Shown: in pieces, positions 8,401 to 17,751 of the stretch
Numbering within the stretch: position 1 is the stretch's first letter
Layout of the letters: every line of letters begins with the position of its first letter
Origin: Candidatus Staskawiczbacteria bacterium
GTDB taxonomy: Bacteria > Patescibacteriota > Minisyncoccia > Minisyncoccales > Staskawiczbacteraceae
Reading direction: 5' to 3'
Length of the DNA stretch: 64,000 bases
Assembly: GCA_903928565.1 (NCBI GenBank)
Contig: CAIYRH010000007.1
Span: forward strand, 14,139 to 78,138
Position numbers and translations under genes: made by a program
Notes under the pieces: model-generated
Databases searched by the model: none
What the model was told of the DNA's origin: nothing
What the model saw: the letters and a program-made list of their open reading frames with translations, nothing else

Positions 8401-9381
8401 ATGAAAAAGCTTATATTTATATTCTATTTTATATTTATATTATCCCCTGCTTTTGCCTGCCTGCCGTTAGGCACGGTTTTAGCTGCGGACACAATTGATA
8501 TTAACACTGCAACATTGTCGCAATTAGACGAATTAACGGGAATTGGGCCAGCAAAAGCTCAGGCAATAATTAACGCAAGGCCATTTTCGTTAGTTGATGA
8601 ATTAGACAGGGTAAAAGGCATTGGCCCCAAAATATTGCAGGAAATTAAGAGTCAGGGAGTCGCTTGCGTAAACTGTGCCACCTCCGTCACAACTTCGGCG
8701 AGCCAAGCAGACAATAAACCGCCAACACCCGTGCCAACTCAAGATCCTACTCCCACAATAGTTTACCCCACTGGAATATTTATTAATGAAATTTTACCAA
8801 ATCCTTCTGGAGCAGATGAAACTAACGAATGGGTAGAATTATATAATTCTAATTCTACCGACGTAGATTTATCGGGCTGGCAAATTCAAGATACCGGTGG
8901 CACACCCACAACTTTTACAATAACTCAAGGACTAAAAATTTTAGCAAATGGATTTTTAATATTCAAAAGACCCGATACAAAAATAATGTTGAACAATAAT
9001 TCCGATGGCATAAACCTTTTGACACCCGACAAGAAAATCGTAGATTCGGCAACTTATTCAACTGCACCCCTGGGCCAATCTTATAACAAAACTTCTTCTG
9101 GATGGACTTTTAGCACTACCGCAACGCCTGGGGCAGAAAACATTATTACAACAAAAGCCCATTCGACAAGCTCAGGGCCTAAGGGCTTGTCAAAAGCAAA
9201 AAATTCTGCTAATAATGACTTAGCAACCCAAGGCTTGGCCGATATAAGCCAAAGCCTAGACCAAAATAACCTTCAAAAAAATAATCCTTGGTATTTATTT
9301 TTTACAGTTTTAGTAACAACAGTTGTTTTGGCAACAATTATATTATTTATTAAATTAAGATTTTCTAAAAAAACAATATGA
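8401..9381 (+). CDS. Secreted ComEA-like helix-hairpin-helix DNA-binding domain fused to a lamin-tail domain (LTD), with a C-terminal membrane anchor
   Basis: Signal peptide. HhH pair DINTATLSQLDELTGIGPAKAQAIINARPF...LDRVKGIGPKILQEI. LTD signature INEILPNPSGADETNEWVELYNSNSTDVDLSGWQIQD. Hydrophobic C-terminus. Confidence 0.7.
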   Translation: MKKLIFIFYFIFILSPAFACLPLGTVLAADTIDINTATLSQLDELTGIGPAKAQAIINARPFSLVDELDRVKGIGPKILQEIKSQGVACVNCATSVTTSASQADNKPPTPVPTQDPTPTIVYPTGIFINEILPNPSGADETNEWVELYNSNSTDVDLSGWQIQDTGGTPTTFTITQGLKILANGFLIFKRPDTKIMLNNNSDGINLLTPDKKIVDSATYSTAPLGQSYNKTSSGWTFSTTATPGAENIITTKAHSTSSGPKGLSKAKNSANNDLATQGLADISQSLDQNNLQKNNPWYLFFTVLVTTVVLATIILFIKLRFSKKTI

Positions 9382-10103
9382 GCGGACATAGTCATGCAAA
9401 AACAGTTATGGCCACAAAAATGGCCAACGATGCAAAAAAGGGCAAAGTTTATTCTAAATATGGCCGGCTAATTACTATTGCCGTAAAAGACGGTGGCGGT
9501 TCTGGTGACCCACTAAAAAATTCTAAACTAAAAGCAATAATAGAGCAAGCAAAAAATGCCAATATGCCTAAGGAAAATATTGAAAGGGCCATTAAAAAGG
9601 GCACCGGAGAATTGGCGGGCGAAAGTTTAGAAGAAGTTTCTTTTGAGGGTTTTGGACCAGGAGGAATTGCCTTAATAATTAATGGCATTACGGACAACAC
9701 CAACCGAACCTTGGGTGAAATAAGATCAATTTTAAACCAGAACAATGGTAAAATTGCTGGTGAGGGAGCTGTTAGGTGGATGTTTGAAAGAAAGGGAGCT
9801 ATAACTGTTAAGACCGAAGGCAAATCAAAAGAAGAAATAGAGTTGTTGGCCATAGAATTGGGTGCCGATGACGTTTCATCTAACGGCGACACAATTGATA
9901 TTTATACTCAGCCTGAAAATTTAGACAATTTAAAAAAGGCACTGGACGAAAAACAGATTATAATTGAATCTTCATCAATTGATTTTGTTGCAAAAGAAGA
10001 AGTAACTCTTTCTGAGCGCGAAAAAGAGCAAGCTGAAAAACTTTTTGAGTCACTAGACGACAACGACGCAGTAAACGATATTTACTCAAATATCAAAAAC
10101 TAA
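9378..10103 (+). CDS. yebC: YebC/PmpR-family transcriptional regulator
   Basis: MSGHSHAKTVMATKMANDAKKGKVYSKYGRLITIAVKDGG is the canonical family N-terminus. 241 aa. Confidence 0.9.
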   Translation: MSGHSHAKTVMATKMANDAKKGKVYSKYGRLITIAVKDGGGSGDPLKNSKLKAIIEQAKNANMPKENIERAIKKGTGELAGESLEEVSFEGFGPGGIALIINGITDNTNRTLGEIRSILNQNNGKIAGEGAVRWMFERKGAITVKTEGKSKEEIELLAIELGADDVSSNGDTIDIYTQPENLDNLKKALDEKQIIIESSSIDFVAKEEVTLSEREKEQAEKLFESLDDNDAVNDIYSNIKN

Positions 10104-10108
10104 TCTCA

Positions 10109-10612
10109 ATGATAATATTAGGAATTGACCCGGGCTCTGTAATTACCGGGTATTCTATTCTCAAAAAAAATAAGGGCAATTCCCCCACCGAGCAATTTGA
10201 AGTGATAGATTTTGGGTGCATAATAACAGATAAATTTTCAACAACAGGAGACGGCCTTAAGCAAATTTATAAAGAAATTACCAAACTCATAGAAAAATAT
10301 AAACCAAATGTAATGTCTGTTGAAAGACTTTTTTTCTTTAAAAATGTAAAAACAGTAATGCCCGTAAGCCAAACCAAAGGTGTTATTTTACTGGCTGCTG
10401 CTGAAAAAAAATTGCCCGTTTATGAATTTACTCCCCTACAAATGAAGATGGCCATTGCTGGTTATGGCAGAGCAGAAAAAAAACAGGTTCAGAAGATGAT
10501 TAAGAAAACGGTGAATATTGAACACTTTGACTTAACTAAAAATAATAGAAAAAAGGACGATGCTTTTGACGCCATTGGCATAGCAATTTGTGCCGCACTA
10601 AAAACATATTAG
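10109..10612 (+). CDS. ruvC: Holliday junction resolvase RuvC
   Basis: MIILGIDPGSVITGYSIL (catalytic Asp), VERLFFFKN, and a C-terminal DDAFDAIGIAIC motif. 167 aa. Confidence 0.9.
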   Translation: MIILGIDPGSVITGYSILKKNKGNSPTEQFEVIDFGCIITDKFSTTGDGLKQIYKEITKLIEKYKPNVMSVERLFFFKNVKTVMPVSQTKGVILLAAAEKKLPVYEFTPLQMKMAIAGYGRAEKKQVQKMIKKTVNIEHFDLTKNNRKKDDAFDAIGIAICAALKTY

Positions 10613-10692
10613 CATGTGTGGAGAAAGAACGCTTGACAATAGTTGTTTAAAAAATATAATGGATTAAATATAATTAAAAATATTATAAAAAA

Positions 10693-10851
10693 ATGGAAGA
10701 GGAATTTTTAACAAAGCTTATAAACGAAGATGACGACCTAGAAGACACCAACTGGGACGACGGTGCCACAGATGACGACAAAGATGACGATGACGACGAC
10801 ACCGATGACGACACCGATGACGTTGAAGATCCAGAAGAGGAAGAAGAATAA
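10693..10851 (+). CDS. Small highly acidic protein (52 aa)
   Basis: Own translation: MEEEFLTKLINEDDDLEDTNWDDGATDDDKDDDDDDTDDDTDDVEDPEEEEE. Followed by a plus-strand intrinsic terminator. Below the ORF-track length cut-off. Confidence 0.4.
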   Translation: MEEEFLTKLINEDDDLEDTNWDDGATDDDKDDDDDDTDDDTDDVEDPEEEEE

Positions 10852-10867
10852 AAAATGTTAAAAAATT

Positions 10868-10891
10868 TCCGCCGTTTAGGGCGGATTTTTT
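10868..10891 (+). terminator. Intrinsic terminator
   Basis: TCCGCC-gttta-GGGCGGA-tttttt. Confidence 0.6.
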
Positions 10892-10953
10892 GTTTGTGTT
10901 TTCCTTTCAAAAAATGTCCTTTTAGAGTATAATGTATCAATATTTAAAAAACC

Positions 10954-13116
10954 ATGAAAAAGTTTAATTTTTTAAACAAAATAAAAAATAAGAAAGTTTG
11001 GTCTTACATTATAAAGAATTTAGTCTTTTTATTTTTAGGGTGTTGCGCCTTTATTCTGGCGCTGTTTGTTTATTACACCTGGAATTTACCACAACCAGAA
11101 AAGTTTATAGAAACGCCATTTATACAGTCTACAAAAATTTATGACAACACAGGAAAGGTTTTGCTTTACGATATTTATGGAGAAGAGAAAAGAGAAATAG
11201 TCTCTTTTGATAAAATTTCCGACAATCTAAAACATGCCGTGCTTGCATCGGAAGATTCTAGATTTTACCAACATGGAGGAATTGATATTATTGGAATATT
11301 AAGGGCAGTTTGGATTGATGTCACCCATCAATCTAAAAGCCAGGGCGGGTCTACCCTAACCCAACAATTAATACGGTCTGTATACCTTACAAACCAAAAA
11401 AGTGTTTCCAGAAAAATTAAGGAAATTGTTTTGAGCGTAGAATTAGATAATAAATATTCTAAAGACCAAATATTTGATTGGTACTTAAACGAAATTCCTT
11501 TTGGAGAAAATGCTTATGGTGCCGAATCGGCCAGCCAAACTTATTTTAGTATACCAGCCTCGGATTTGTCAGCGGCACAAGCGGCCACTTTAACGGCAAT
11601 GATTACTGGCCCAAGTTATTATTCTCCTTACGGCGCAAACAAAGCAGAACTCTTGCAACGGAAAGACATCATTTTAGATAAAATGCAAAAACTAGGCTTT
11701 ATAACAAACCAACAATTAATAAGTGCTAAAAACGAAAAAATTACTTTTACTCAAAATACAAAAGCCATAAAGGCACCAGACTTTGTAATGTATGTTAAAA
11801 AATATTTAGACAATAAATATGGTGAAGATTATTTAAAAGAAAAAGGATTGCGTGTTTACACCTCTTTAAATTGGGACATTCAAGAATATGCCGAACAAGT
11901 AATTAAAGACGCTGAGAAGACTAGTATAAGCAAAGGGGCATATAATGCCGCCATGGTTGTTTTAGACCCTAAGACCGGGCAAATTTTAGCACTGATAGGG
12001 TCAAGAGATTACTTTGCGCCGTCATACCCTGAAGGTTGCGACGAAAAGGGTCCGGGAAATTGTTTATTTGAACCAAAATACGATGTAGCAACAATGGGTC
12101 AAAGACAACCAGGTTCGTCTTTTAAACCAATTGTTTATGCAACCGCTTTTAAAAAAGGTTACACGCCAAGCACAGTTTTATGGGATGTTAAAACCGAATT
12201 TAATCCCGCTTGTGATGCCAGTGGAGATGCAACAACCGGTTCAGATGGAAGTAGGTGTTATAATCCACAAGATTATGACAACCTAAACCGCGGACCAATG
12301 ACTTTGCGCACCGCACTTGATTGTTCGTTAAACATTCCTGCGGTAAAAGTTTTATATTTGGCTGGAATTAAAGATTCTCTGCAAACTGCAAAAGACCTTG
12401 GCATTTCAACGCTCACCGATGTTAATAATTATGGATTATCTTTAGTGTTGGGCGGAGGAGATGTAAATTTATTAGAGTTAACTTCGGCATATGGAGTATT
12501 TGCAACAGAAGGAAATTATATTCCACCAATAAGTATTCTAAAAATAACCGATGCCAATGGAAATATTATTGAGCAAAGCAATGAACAACCAACAAAAGTT
12601 TTAGACACTCAAGTGGCGCGACAAATTAACGATGTTTTATCTGATAATAATGCAAGGGCTCCAATTTTTGGACTTAATTCCCCCTTGCATGTGGCTGGTT
12701 ACCAAGTAGCTGCTAAAACTGGTACAACTCAACGATATGTAGACGGTTGGACAATGGGTTACACCCCTTTTGTTGTTATAGGTTCTTGGACAGGAAATAA
12801 TAATAATGTGCCCACAAAAGATGAAGGTATTGGAGTTACGGCTCCCATGTGGAATAAAGTTATGCAAAAAATAGTTAGCTCTCACCCCGTTGAAAACTTT
12901 ACACCGCCAAATCCAATAACAGAAAGAAGCCCCGTATTATTAGGGCAATTACCTGCGGGTGACACAAACACAATTTTATATTATGTTGATAAAAATAATC
13001 CCACGGGTCCTGCGCCACAAAATCCTTCGGCCGATCCAGAATACTATTTATGGCAAACTGGAATTAACAGCTGGTTGTCGAATAATATTACTACCGATTT
13101 GCCTCCCGGAAGTTAA
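10954..13116 (+). CDS. Class A penicillin-binding protein (glycosyltransferase + transpeptidase, PBP1A-type)
   Basis: GT51 motifs ASEDSRFYQHGGID and GGSTLTQQL. Transpeptidase motifs SSFKP (SxxK), SLN and KTGTT. N-terminal membrane anchor. Confidence 0.9.
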   Translation: MKKFNFLNKIKNKKVWSYIIKNLVFLFLGCCAFILALFVYYTWNLPQPEKFIETPFIQSTKIYDNTGKVLLYDIYGEEKREIVSFDKISDNLKHAVLASEDSRFYQHGGIDIIGILRAVWIDVTHQSKSQGGSTLTQQLIRSVYLTNQKSVSRKIKEIVLSVELDNKYSKDQIFDWYLNEIPFGENAYGAESASQTYFSIPASDLSAAQAATLTAMITGPSYYSPYGANKAELLQRKDIILDKMQKLGFITNQQLISAKNEKITFTQNTKAIKAPDFVMYVKKYLDNKYGEDYLKEKGLRVYTSLNWDIQEYAEQVIKDAEKTSISKGAYNAAMVVLDPKTGQILALIGSRDYFAPSYPEGCDEKGPGNCLFEPKYDVATMGQRQPGSSFKPIVYATAFKKGYTPSTVLWDVKTEFNPACDASGDATTGSDGSRCYNPQDYDNLNRGPMTLRTALDCSLNIPAVKVLYLAGIKDSLQTAKDLGISTLTDVNNYGLSLVLGGGDVNLLELTSAYGVFATEGNYIPPISILKITDANGNIIEQSNEQPTKVLDTQVARQINDVLSDNNARAPIFGLNSPLHVAGYQVAAKTGTTQRYVDGWTMGYTPFVVIGSWTGNNNNVPTKDEGIGVTAPMWNKVMQKIVSSHPVENFTPPNPITERSPVLLGQLPAGDTNTILYYVDKNNPTGPAPQNPSADPEYYLWQTGINSWLSNNITTDLPPGS

Positions 13117-13125
13117 TCTAAACAA

Positions 13126-13152
13126 AAAACACCTCATTTACGAGGTGTTTTT
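13126..13152. terminator. Bidirectional intrinsic terminator
   Basis: aaaaa-CACCTC-atttac-GAGGTG-ttttt, between convergent PBP1A and dnaN. Confidence 0.6.
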
Positions 13153-13159
13153 AATTAGA

Positions 13160-14290
13160 CTAAACCTGTGTAGATTTAATTGGCATTACCACATAAATGT
13201 AACTAGCGTCTCCAACTGGCTTTAAAATGCATGGCCCATCTTCCTTGCTAAGATCAAACATCACCTCAGAACTTTTAATGTTTAACAGGCCTTCAGACAA
13301 AAATTTAAAGTTAAACGACGCCTCAATGCTTTCTCCTTCAACTTTAGATTCTATACTAGATCTGCTCTCACCCACATCTGGATCTTGTGCATATATTTCA
13401 ACTTCTTTTTTTTCTGCATCAACTTTTATTTTTATTTCATTAATTTTTCCAGAAAAAAGTGATGCAGCCTTAATTTGATTTAAAAATTCATCTCTTTTAA
13501 TAACAACGTGAGTTTTAAATTTTTTAGGAATAATTTCTTCATAGTTTGGGTATTCGCCCTCAATTAATCTAGAAATTATTTGAATTTGGGGCCTGGGCGC
13601 ATCTTTCATGGGAGACTCAAACATTACCTGGCTAGTGGAAAAATATATTTTTGTTTTACCTTCTTTTTCGCCCAGAATATTAATAATTTCTTTAGCGGGC
13701 TTTTGAGGCAAAATAAATGTTACTTCTTTTTTAATTGGCTCTTCTGGCGTTAAGTTTTTTTCTGCTAATCTAAAGCTGTCCGTAGCAACAATTTTTATTG
13801 AGTTTTTTGAAAAAATAAAATAAATTCCAGAGATTTCTGGCCTAGACTGAGATGGCGAGGCGACATCAACAATTTGAGCGAGCCCTTGGCAAAATTTTCT
13901 GTTATCAACTTCTATAAATTCTAAATTTTTAAATTCTGGAATTAGCGGAAATTCTTCTGGACTAAACCCTTGAATTTGGTTTTTAAAACTATTGCACTCA
14001 ATATACAACCCTTGCTTTTTCTCTTCTAAAATAATTTTTTCGTTAGGCAATAATGAAACAAAGTTGGAAAAAAATCTGGCGGGCACAACTGCTTTTCCTT
14101 TTTTAATTATTTTAGTTAATATCCACAACTTTACAGCAGTTTCAAGATCTGTAGAGCTTAAACTTAAAAAACTGTCTTCTGTGTCAATTAATACATTGTC
14201 TAAAATTGGCAATGAAGGGTTTTTGCCCACAATCTTTTCAACAATACTTAATCCGTTTTTTAAATTTTCTTTTAATATTTCTACTTTCAT
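13160..14290 (-). CDS. dnaN: DNA polymerase III beta sliding clamp
   Basis: 376 aa. N-terminus MKVEILKENLKNGLSIVEKIVGKNPSLPILDNVLI. Lies immediately downstream of dnaA. Confidence 0.9.
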   Translation of the reverse strand: MKVEILKENLKNGLSIVEKIVGKNPSLPILDNVLIDTEDSFLSLSSTDLETAVKLWILTKIIKKGKAVVPARFFSNFVSLLPNEKIILEEKKQGLYIECNSFKNQIQGFSPEEFPLIPEFKNLEFIEVDNRKFCQGLAQIVDVASPSQSRPEISGIYFIFSKNSIKIVATDSFRLAEKNLTPEEPIKKEVTFILPQKPAKEIINILGEKEGKTKIYFSTSQVMFESPMKDAPRPQIQIISRLIEGEYPNYEEIIPKKFKTHVVIKRDEFLNQIKAASLFSGKINEIKIKVDAEKKEVEIYAQDPDVGESRSSIESKVEGESIEASFNFKFLSEGLLNIKSSEVMFDLSKEDGPCILKPVGDASYIYVVMPIKSTQV

Positions 14291-14494
14291 AATTAATTAT
14301 GATTAATATATTATTAATCTTATTGTTATTATGTGGAAAATTTTTTAAGTTTTTTAAAAAATAAATAGTCTTAAATATATTTTATTTCCCTAGTAATTTT
14401 TTTGTGGAAAAGTTGTGGAAAGCTTATATAAATAGAATGTGTAAATTGTATTGTCTGTTTTGGCTATGTAAATTATTAGATTATTTAACACCAG
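14291..14494. other. Candidate oriC module (dnaA-dnaN intergenic region: DnaA-box-like sites plus an AT-rich unwinding stretch)
   Basis: TGTGGAAAA at 14332-14340 and 14403-14411, TGTGGAAAG at 14414-14422, and TTATCCACT overlapping the dnaA stop. 14291-14400 is almost pure A/T. Confidence 0.5.
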
Positions 14495-15850
14495 TTATCC
14501 ACTATATATTCTCTGTTTTATTAAGTTTAATTCTTCGGTTAATTTGTTGTTTTCTTCGTTTTCTTGCAGTATTTTTTTGTAGGCATAAATGGCGGTGGTG
14601 TGATCTTTGCCTCCAAATTTTCTTGCTATGGCAGGAAAAGAATACTTTAATTCTTTTCGTAGTAGAAACATAGCAATTTGTCTTGGCTTAACAATTTCCT
14701 TTCTTCTTGTTGGGTCAAATAAGTTTTTTTCTTCTAAATTGTAGAATTTTGCAACCGTTTCAATAATTTTTTTATAATTAGCTACATCAAATGGTGAAAA
14801 AACAAAGCCACGTAATAGTTTTTTTGTTGTTTCAACATTGAGGTTTGGGTTTATTTTGCCATGAATTAAAATTTTGTTTAGGGCGCCTTCTAATTCTCTA
14901 ATATTTTTTTTAACATTGGCTGCAATATAATCTAACACCTCTTCTGGCAAGTCGGCGTTTTTTTCTTGAAGCTTGGTTTTTAAAATAACAAGCCTTGTTT
15001 CGTAGTCTGGCAAGCTTACGTCGGCTATCATTCCCCCCTCAAATCTTGATCTTAGTCTGTCTTCTAGTTCGGCAATAGCATTTGGTGGCCTGTCTGAAGA
15101 AAGAATAATTTGTTTATTTTTTTCGTAAAGAGAATTAAATATGTGAAAAAATTCTTCTTGGCTTTTATTTTTTCCGGCTATAAACTGGATGTCGTCTAAA
15201 ATTAAAATATCAATTGGAGCTAGGCTTGCCTTAAAAGCTTCCATGGTGTTTGTTCTAATAGCAGAAACTATGCTGGAAACAAATTTTTCTGAAGAAATAT
15301 ATTTTATCTTTTTCTTTTTTGCCTCATCATTTATTTTGTTTCCAATGGCCTGAATTAAATGTGTTTTGCCTAAACCCGTCCCGCCATAAATAAATAAGGG
15401 GTTGTAAGTATAGCCCGGGTTGTCGGCTACGGCCATGGCGGCAGCATGTGCCAACTCATTAAAAGAACCCACAACAAAGCTGGCAAAAGTGTATCGTGGA
15501 TTTAAGTTGGTATCTTTATTTATTTTAAATTCTTCAAATTTTAATTGAATTTCTTCTTGTTCTTCTCTGCCGGTGGGCGTTTTGAGAACGGCATTCTTTA
15601 TGGGTTGCGGTTTTATAACAAATTCCAACTCCCTTATGGTGTCATCAATATCGTGAAGAGTCTTTAATATTAATTTGTTATATTTATTGCTCAGCCACTC
15701 TTTAGAAAAAGCATTTGGTACAGAAATGATTATCTTTTCATTGTCTTTAGAGATAATTTCGGTATTTTGGAACCAAGTAGCAAAATTAGCTCTAGAGATG
15801 TGAAATTGCATCTGGGCCAAGACTGATTGCCATAATTCAACGTTATTCAT
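14495..15850 (-). CDS. dnaA: Chromosomal replication initiator DnaA
   Basis: AAA+ Walker A GGTGLGKTHL, Walker B ILILDDIQF, and a C-terminal DNA-binding domain (GGKDHTTAIYAYKKI). Start set at MNNVELWQSVLAQMQ; the track ORF begins 17 codons upstream. Confidence 0.95.
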   Translation of the reverse strand: MNNVELWQSVLAQMQFHISRANFATWFQNTEIISKDNEKIIISVPNAFSKEWLSNKYNKLILKTLHDIDDTIRELEFVIKPQPIKNAVLKTPTGREEQEEIQLKFEEFKINKDTNLNPRYTFASFVVGSFNELAHAAAMAVADNPGYTYNPLFIYGGTGLGKTHLIQAIGNKINDEAKKKKIKYISSEKFVSSIVSAIRTNTMEAFKASLAPIDILILDDIQFIAGKNKSQEEFFHIFNSLYEKNKQIILSSDRPPNAIAELEDRLRSRFEGGMIADVSLPDYETRLVILKTKLQEKNADLPEEVLDYIAANVKKNIRELEGALNKILIHGKINPNLNVETTKKLLRGFVFSPFDVANYKKIIETVAKFYNLEEKNLFDPTRRKEIVKPRQIAMFLLRKELKYSFPAIARKFGGKDHTTAIYAYKKILQENEENNKLTEELNLIKQRIYSG

Positions 15851-15919
15851 AATTGTATTTTTCCCTTTTATTAACCCTTTGTCAACACATAGGGAAGACA
15901 AAGAAGGCTGTTATTAACA

Positions 15920-15928
15920 TGTGGATAA
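15920..15928 (-). promoter_or_regulatory. Perfect consensus DnaA box (TTATCCACA on the minus strand)
   Basis: Plus strand reads tgtggataa, in the dnaA/rpmH divergent intergenic region. Confidence 0.6.
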
Positions 15929-15969
15929 CTTGTGAGATTGGAATATACAGAGACGCACAATAACAAATC

Positions 15970-15998
15970 TTGTAAAAGTAAGTCTTTTGGGCTATAAT
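15970..15998 (+). promoter_or_regulatory. Promoter of the rpmH operon (TTGTAA-17-TATAAT)
   Basis: ttgtaa aagtaagtcttttgggc tataat, about 35 nt upstream of the rpmH ATG. Confidence 0.5.
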
Positions 15999-16031
15999 GG
16001 CTATATTATATATTAACTAAAAAAAGATACA

Positions 16032-16166
16032 ATGAGCAAGACATATCAGCCGAAAAAGAAGAAACGTGCAAACACCCACGGTTTCCTAAGAAGAAAGAAA
16101 ACAAAAACCGGTAAACAGGTTATGCAAAAAAGAAGAAGAAAAGGCAGAGCTAAAATAACTGTTTAA
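16032..16166 (+). CDS. rpmH: 50S ribosomal protein L34
   Basis: Own translation: MSKTYQPKKKKRANTHGFLRRKKTKTGKQVMQKRRRKGRAKITV (44 aa). Canonical position before rnpA. Below the ORF-track cut-off. Confidence 0.9.
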   Translation: MSKTYQPKKKKRANTHGFLRRKKTKTGKQVMQKRRRKGRAKITV

Positions 16167-16173
16167 TTTTTTA

Positions 16174-16518
16174 ATGCTACCCAAAGTAAACAGAATAAGA
16201 AAGAAAAAAGATTTTGAGGCAATTTTTAAAAATTCTAAGAGCTTTAAAAACAACCTCTTTATTTTTAAAATTGCAAAAAACAACTTAGGCATTAACAGAT
16301 TTGGATTTGTTGTTAGCCAGAAGGTTTCTAAAAAAGCAGTTGTTAGAAATAAGATTAGAAGAAGGTTGTCGGAAATAATAAAGGCAAAATTTCATACTAT
16401 AAAGAATGGCACAGACATTGTTATAATTGCACTGCCAGGAATTGATAAAAGAGAATTTTCTGAAATGAACGAAGGGGTGGAAAAAACAATTATTAAATTA
16501 GGACTTATTTTAAAATAA
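16174..16518 (+). CDS. rnpA: RNase P protein component
   Basis: 114 aa, basic, with the KVNRIRKKKDFEAIF motif. Follows rpmH. Confidence 0.85.
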   Translation: MLPKVNRIRKKKDFEAIFKNSKSFKNNLFIFKIAKNNLGINRFGFVVSQKVSKKAVVRNKIRRRLSEIIKAKFHTIKNGTDIVIIALPGIDKREFSEMNEGVEKTIIKLGLILK

Positions 16519-16521
16519 AAA

Positions 16522-17262
16522 ATGTTTCAATCTATAGTAAATTTTTTTTATATTATATTATACCAGCCATTATTTAATTTATTGGTATGGCTGTATAATT
16601 CTACGCCCGGGCACGATTTTGGCATTGCAATAATTCTTTTAACAATTATTATTAGGGTTGTGCTCTACCCCACTTCCGTGAAGGCTGTAAAATCGCAAAA
16701 AGGTTTGCAAAAGTTGCAACCTTTAATGAAAGAAATTCAAGAAAAATATAAAGACGATAAAGAAAAGCAGGCAAAAGAAATGTTGGCTCTTTATAAAAGA
16801 GAAAAAATAAATCCCTTTTCTGGATTACTTCTCACGTTTATACAAATACCAATCTTAATAGCGCTTTACCGAGTTTTTTGGGACGGGCTTAACCAGAAAA
16901 AATTAACCGTTTTATATAGCTTTGTAGCTAATCCAATTCAAATAAACCCTCTATTTTTACATTTGGTAAATTTATCTAAGCCAAACATAATTCTTGCTAT
17001 ATTGGCAGGAATAACCCAGTATTTCCAGACAAAAATGTTGCTTCCTAAACACCAAATTGACCCGGCCAAGAAGAGCAAAGAAGTTGATGTTTCACAAATG
17101 ATGCAAAAACAGATGGTTTATTTTATGCCAGTTATTACCGTTATAATTCTTTTAGGATTGCCTTCTGCACTAGGATTATATTGGACAGTAAGCGGAATAT
17201 TTTCTGTAATTCAACAGTACTTTATATTTAAGAAGAAAAAACCAGAATTAGCAAAAATTTAA
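16522..17262 (+). CDS. yidC: Membrane protein insertase YidC (short form)
   Basis: Five TM helices. Conserved LYPTSVKAVKSQKGLQKLQPLMKEIQEKYKDD and INPFSG motifs. In the rnpA-yidC-jag order. Confidence 0.85.
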   Translation: MFQSIVNFFYIILYQPLFNLLVWLYNSTPGHDFGIAIILLTIIIRVVLYPTSVKAVKSQKGLQKLQPLMKEIQEKYKDDKEKQAKEMLALYKREKINPFSGLLLTFIQIPILIALYRVFWDGLNQKKLTVLYSFVANPIQINPLFLHLVNLSKPNIILAILAGITQYFQTKMLLPKHQIDPAKKSKEVDVSQMMQKQMVYFMPVITVIILLGLPSALGLYWTVSGIFSVIQQYFIFKKKKPELAKI

Positions 17263-17265
17263 AAC

Positions 17266-17742
17266 ATGGAAGATCAAGAAAAAAAAATAAAAGAAGCGGT
17301 TTCAGAATTTTTTGAAAAAATGACAATGCCGGTTTTAGATGTGGCCGTTGAATTTTCTTTTGTTGAAAAAGGCGAGGAGAAAACTGAAGTTATTAGTTTG
17401 GACATAAAAATAGACGATCCGCCTGTTTTGATTGGTCAGCAGGGGCAAACACTTTTTGAAATTCAGCGTATTTTGAGAATGGTTTTGAATAAAAAATTAG
17501 GGAAAACATTTTATTTAAATTTAGATATAGACGGTTATAAGAAAAAGAAAATAGAATATTTGAAATATTTAGTTAAAGATTATGCCGACAGTGTTGCAAT
17601 GACTGGAAAAGAAAAAGAGCTTTTACCAATGTCTGCCTACGAAAGAAGAATTGTTCATGCAGAGTTGTCCCAACGAACAGATGTAAAAACGGAAAGCCGT
17701 GGCGAAGGGTCAGAAAGGCACATAGTAATAACGCCAAAGTAA
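17266..17742 (+). CDS. jag: KH/R3H-domain RNA-binding protein (Jag-like)
   Basis: KH-like LIGQQGQTLFEIQRIL and R3H motif ERRIVHAELS. Lies downstream of yidC. Confidence 0.8.
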   Translation: MEDQEKKIKEAVSEFFEKMTMPVLDVAVEFSFVEKGEEKTEVISLDIKIDDPPVLIGQQGQTLFEIQRILRMVLNKKLGKTFYLNLDIDGYKKKKIEYLKYLVKDYADSVAMTGKEKELLPMSAYERRIVHAELSQRTDVKTESRGEGSERHIVITPK

Positions 17743-17751
17743 ATTTAAATT

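Noticed and set aside
10683-10940. 85-aa poly-serine ORF on the minus strand (ORF track)
   Set aside because: It is low-complexity and is the mirror image of the acidic plus-strand microORF. The only terminator here (10868-10891) is oriented for the plus strand and lies inside this ORF.
14404-14673. 89-aa plus-strand ORF spanning the dnaA 3' end and the oriC-like spacer
   Set aside because: It is antisense to dnaA and runs through DnaA-box/AT-rich noncoding sequence. Cys/Leu/Phe-rich composition is typical of AT-rich antisense frames.
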